A stretch of 63,671 bases of DNA, counting the filler, from Octopus bimaculoides (lineage: Eukaryota), in the NCBI RefSeq assembly GCF_001194135.2. It is 7 parts of 7 records of this genome, joined end to end, with 100 filler letters (N's around TTAATTAATTAA, not from the genome) between each part and the next. Parts side by side here need not be neighbours in the genome. Positions count along the whole stretch, not along the records: positions 49,625 to 62,337 come from NC_068999.1; positions 62,438 to 63,671 come from NW_026302873.1; 5 more parts are not named here. One strand, written 5' to 3'. Within the stretch, counting starts at the first letter, position 1. The number at the start of each line of letters is the position of its first letter. A program made the translations under genes and the position numbers. The notes beneath the pieces were generated by a model, which made no database searches, was not told where the DNA came from, and was given only the letters and a program-made list of their open reading frames with translations. Below, piece by piece: positions 61,801-63,671 of this stretch.

Positions 61801-62717
61801 TAAAAAATATTGCATTTCTGGAGTAAAAAAAAAAAACATTTAAAAAAAGAAAAGTATGGGTGGGACATGATAAAATCTGGTATTTAAGATGAGCGTGCTT
61901 AGCTGTGATATTGTGAGGGGATGCCACGAGCAACTGCACTAGTAATGGAGTCTAAATAAAAAAACATGACAAGTGTAAACTTTTATAAGGTTATGTAAGC
62001 AATCAGATGACAATAAATTTTATATCTCGGTAACCTTCGACAAGTATAATGTCTCACCTTTGGTACAAAGAGATTTTCACACACACACACACACACACAC
62101 ATAGGCATATATGTGTGTATGGGGTGGATGGTTGTGTATGTATGTATGCATGTATGTATGTGTCTTTTAGGCTGAAAAATGTACTGTCGAGTTTCTGACA
62201 TGATTAGTTTGAAAATACTTGATCAATATTTCGTACATCCTAATATTTTTTTTCTTTCTTTGATGGTTATTTTCCCCTTCTAACTGGTTAGAATCATCTC
62301 AAAATATTTATATTGTGCTATATATATATATATATATNNNNNNNNNNNNNNNNNNNNNNNNNNNNNNNNNNNNNNNNNNNNTTAATTAATTAANNNNNNN
62401 NNNNNNNNNNNNNNNNNNNNNNNNNNNNNNNNNNNNNTAATAATATAAATATATAGATATATGCATATATACATACATATATGTACACACCTATATCTAT
62501 ATGTATATATACATACATATATGTACACACCTATATCTATATGTATATATACATGCATATATGGGTACAGGACTTCAAAAAAAAAAAAGAAACGAAAAAC
62601 GAAAATAGAAAACGAACTTTTTTCGAACAACAAAAAGAAACAGAGAAACGAGACATGCATCATAAAGAGTATATCCCTTCGTCAGTTGTCCCTAGTATAT
62701 ATATATATACATATATA

Positions 62718-63390
62718 CTAGCTGAGGTACCCGGTAATAAATTACTGTTAATAAGATGTTTGTTTATAGCCATGAAACATTTTTCGTCAAATTTCGACAT
62801 TTTTCAAAAATTTAAGATCTATATTAATGGGTAGGACCAATTTGACGCAAAAATGAGCAGAGTCTGGTAGCGAATCCGTGTCGTCGTCATTTTTGTGCAT
62901 GCGTGTAAAATGGCGAAATTTTACGCAATTTTGTGAAATTGATGTCACGACGGCTAGTGGGCAAAATCCCCGAATTTTGCTAGAGAAATAAATTGCTCTT
63001 ACCTAATCAAAACCTGAAACGCTGTGGAATTAAAACAACGAATTGAAATAATAAGTTTTAGCAAATCAAAACAATTCGCATTGAAATGCTAAATAGATTA
63101 CTGTTAATAAGCTGTCTGTTTATACCCATGAAACATTTTTTGTCGAATTGCGGCATTTTTCGTCAAATTGATGTCACAATGGCTAGTGCGAAAAATGCCG
63201 ATATTTTACGGTTTTTGAAAAATCGATGCTGTTTAAAGATCGATTTTTTTAAAAATTCCATTCCAAGTGCGTAAGTGACCGCATGGGCATAAGCACCCCA
63301 GATGTATCAAGATTCATCAAGGTCTGTTGGATAGTCTCGTAGGAGTTCAAGTTACAAATTCACAAACTTGCTATTTATCATTATATATCT
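62718..63390 (-). mobile_element. Putative non-autonomous Helitron-like element with internal duplications
   Basis: Minus-strand 3' terminus ..CCGGGTACCTCAGCTAG|T (CTAG at 62718-62721). The other end resembles Lep1-type Helitron ends (ACAAA..TTTATCATTATATAT). Internal repeats at about 62742-62815/63097-63170 and 62935-62970/63165-63200. The 5' terminus is not clearly resolved. Confidence 0.5.
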
Positions 63391-63391
63391 A

Positions 63392-63540
63392 TCAGATTCC
63401 GTCTACCAAACTCACTGGCAAGGCTTTGGTCGGCCCGAGGCTATAGTAGAGACACTTGCCAAAGGTTCCACGCAGTGGACTTAACCCGGAGCCATGTTGT
63501 TGGTAAGCCAGCTACTTACCATACAGACCCTCCTGCGCCT
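63392..63540 (-). mobile_element. SINE family A, 5' half
   Basis: TTCCGTCTACCAAA..GGCTTTGGTCGGCCCGAGGCTATAGTAG..CTCCTGCGCC. Confidence 0.9.
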
Positions 63541-63671
63541 GTATGTTTGTATGTGTTTAATTTTGGGAAAACTTTTTTTTCAATACAGTGTATTTTACAT
63601 ATATATTATTCCAACAAAGTGTATTATGTGTGTGTGTATATACATACATACATACATACATATATATAAGA

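Overview
Repeat-rich, AT-rich eukaryotic genomic DNA from a gapped draft assembly. The tRNA-derived SINE families and microsatellite load strongly suggest an octopus, but this is an inference. No complete host protein-coding gene could be identified. Nearly all long ORFs in the track are microsatellite, N-gap or transposon artefacts. The window holds at least five interspersed SINE-like families (labelled A-E here), decayed RTE, CR1-like and R4/Dong-like LINEs, several Tc1/mariner relics, a solo LTR with a 4-bp TSD, a Helitron-like element and a higher-order minisatellite. The most interesting signals are six. (1) A family of type I hammerhead ribozyme motifs: two copies form a 306-bp palindrome at 23.5-23.8 kb and a third lies at 36.85 kb. 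(2) A SINE whose body appears to be swapped for a 28S rRNA fragment, in the same orientation. (3) SINE concatemers with a fixed junction, one trimer bounded by a single 17-bp TSD. (4) Several R4/Dong-like LINEs abutting (TAA)n repeats. (5) A LINE 3' end that shares its tail with SINE family A. (6) A candidate minus-strand promoter/first exon with an RFX X-box at about 27.3-27.8 kb.
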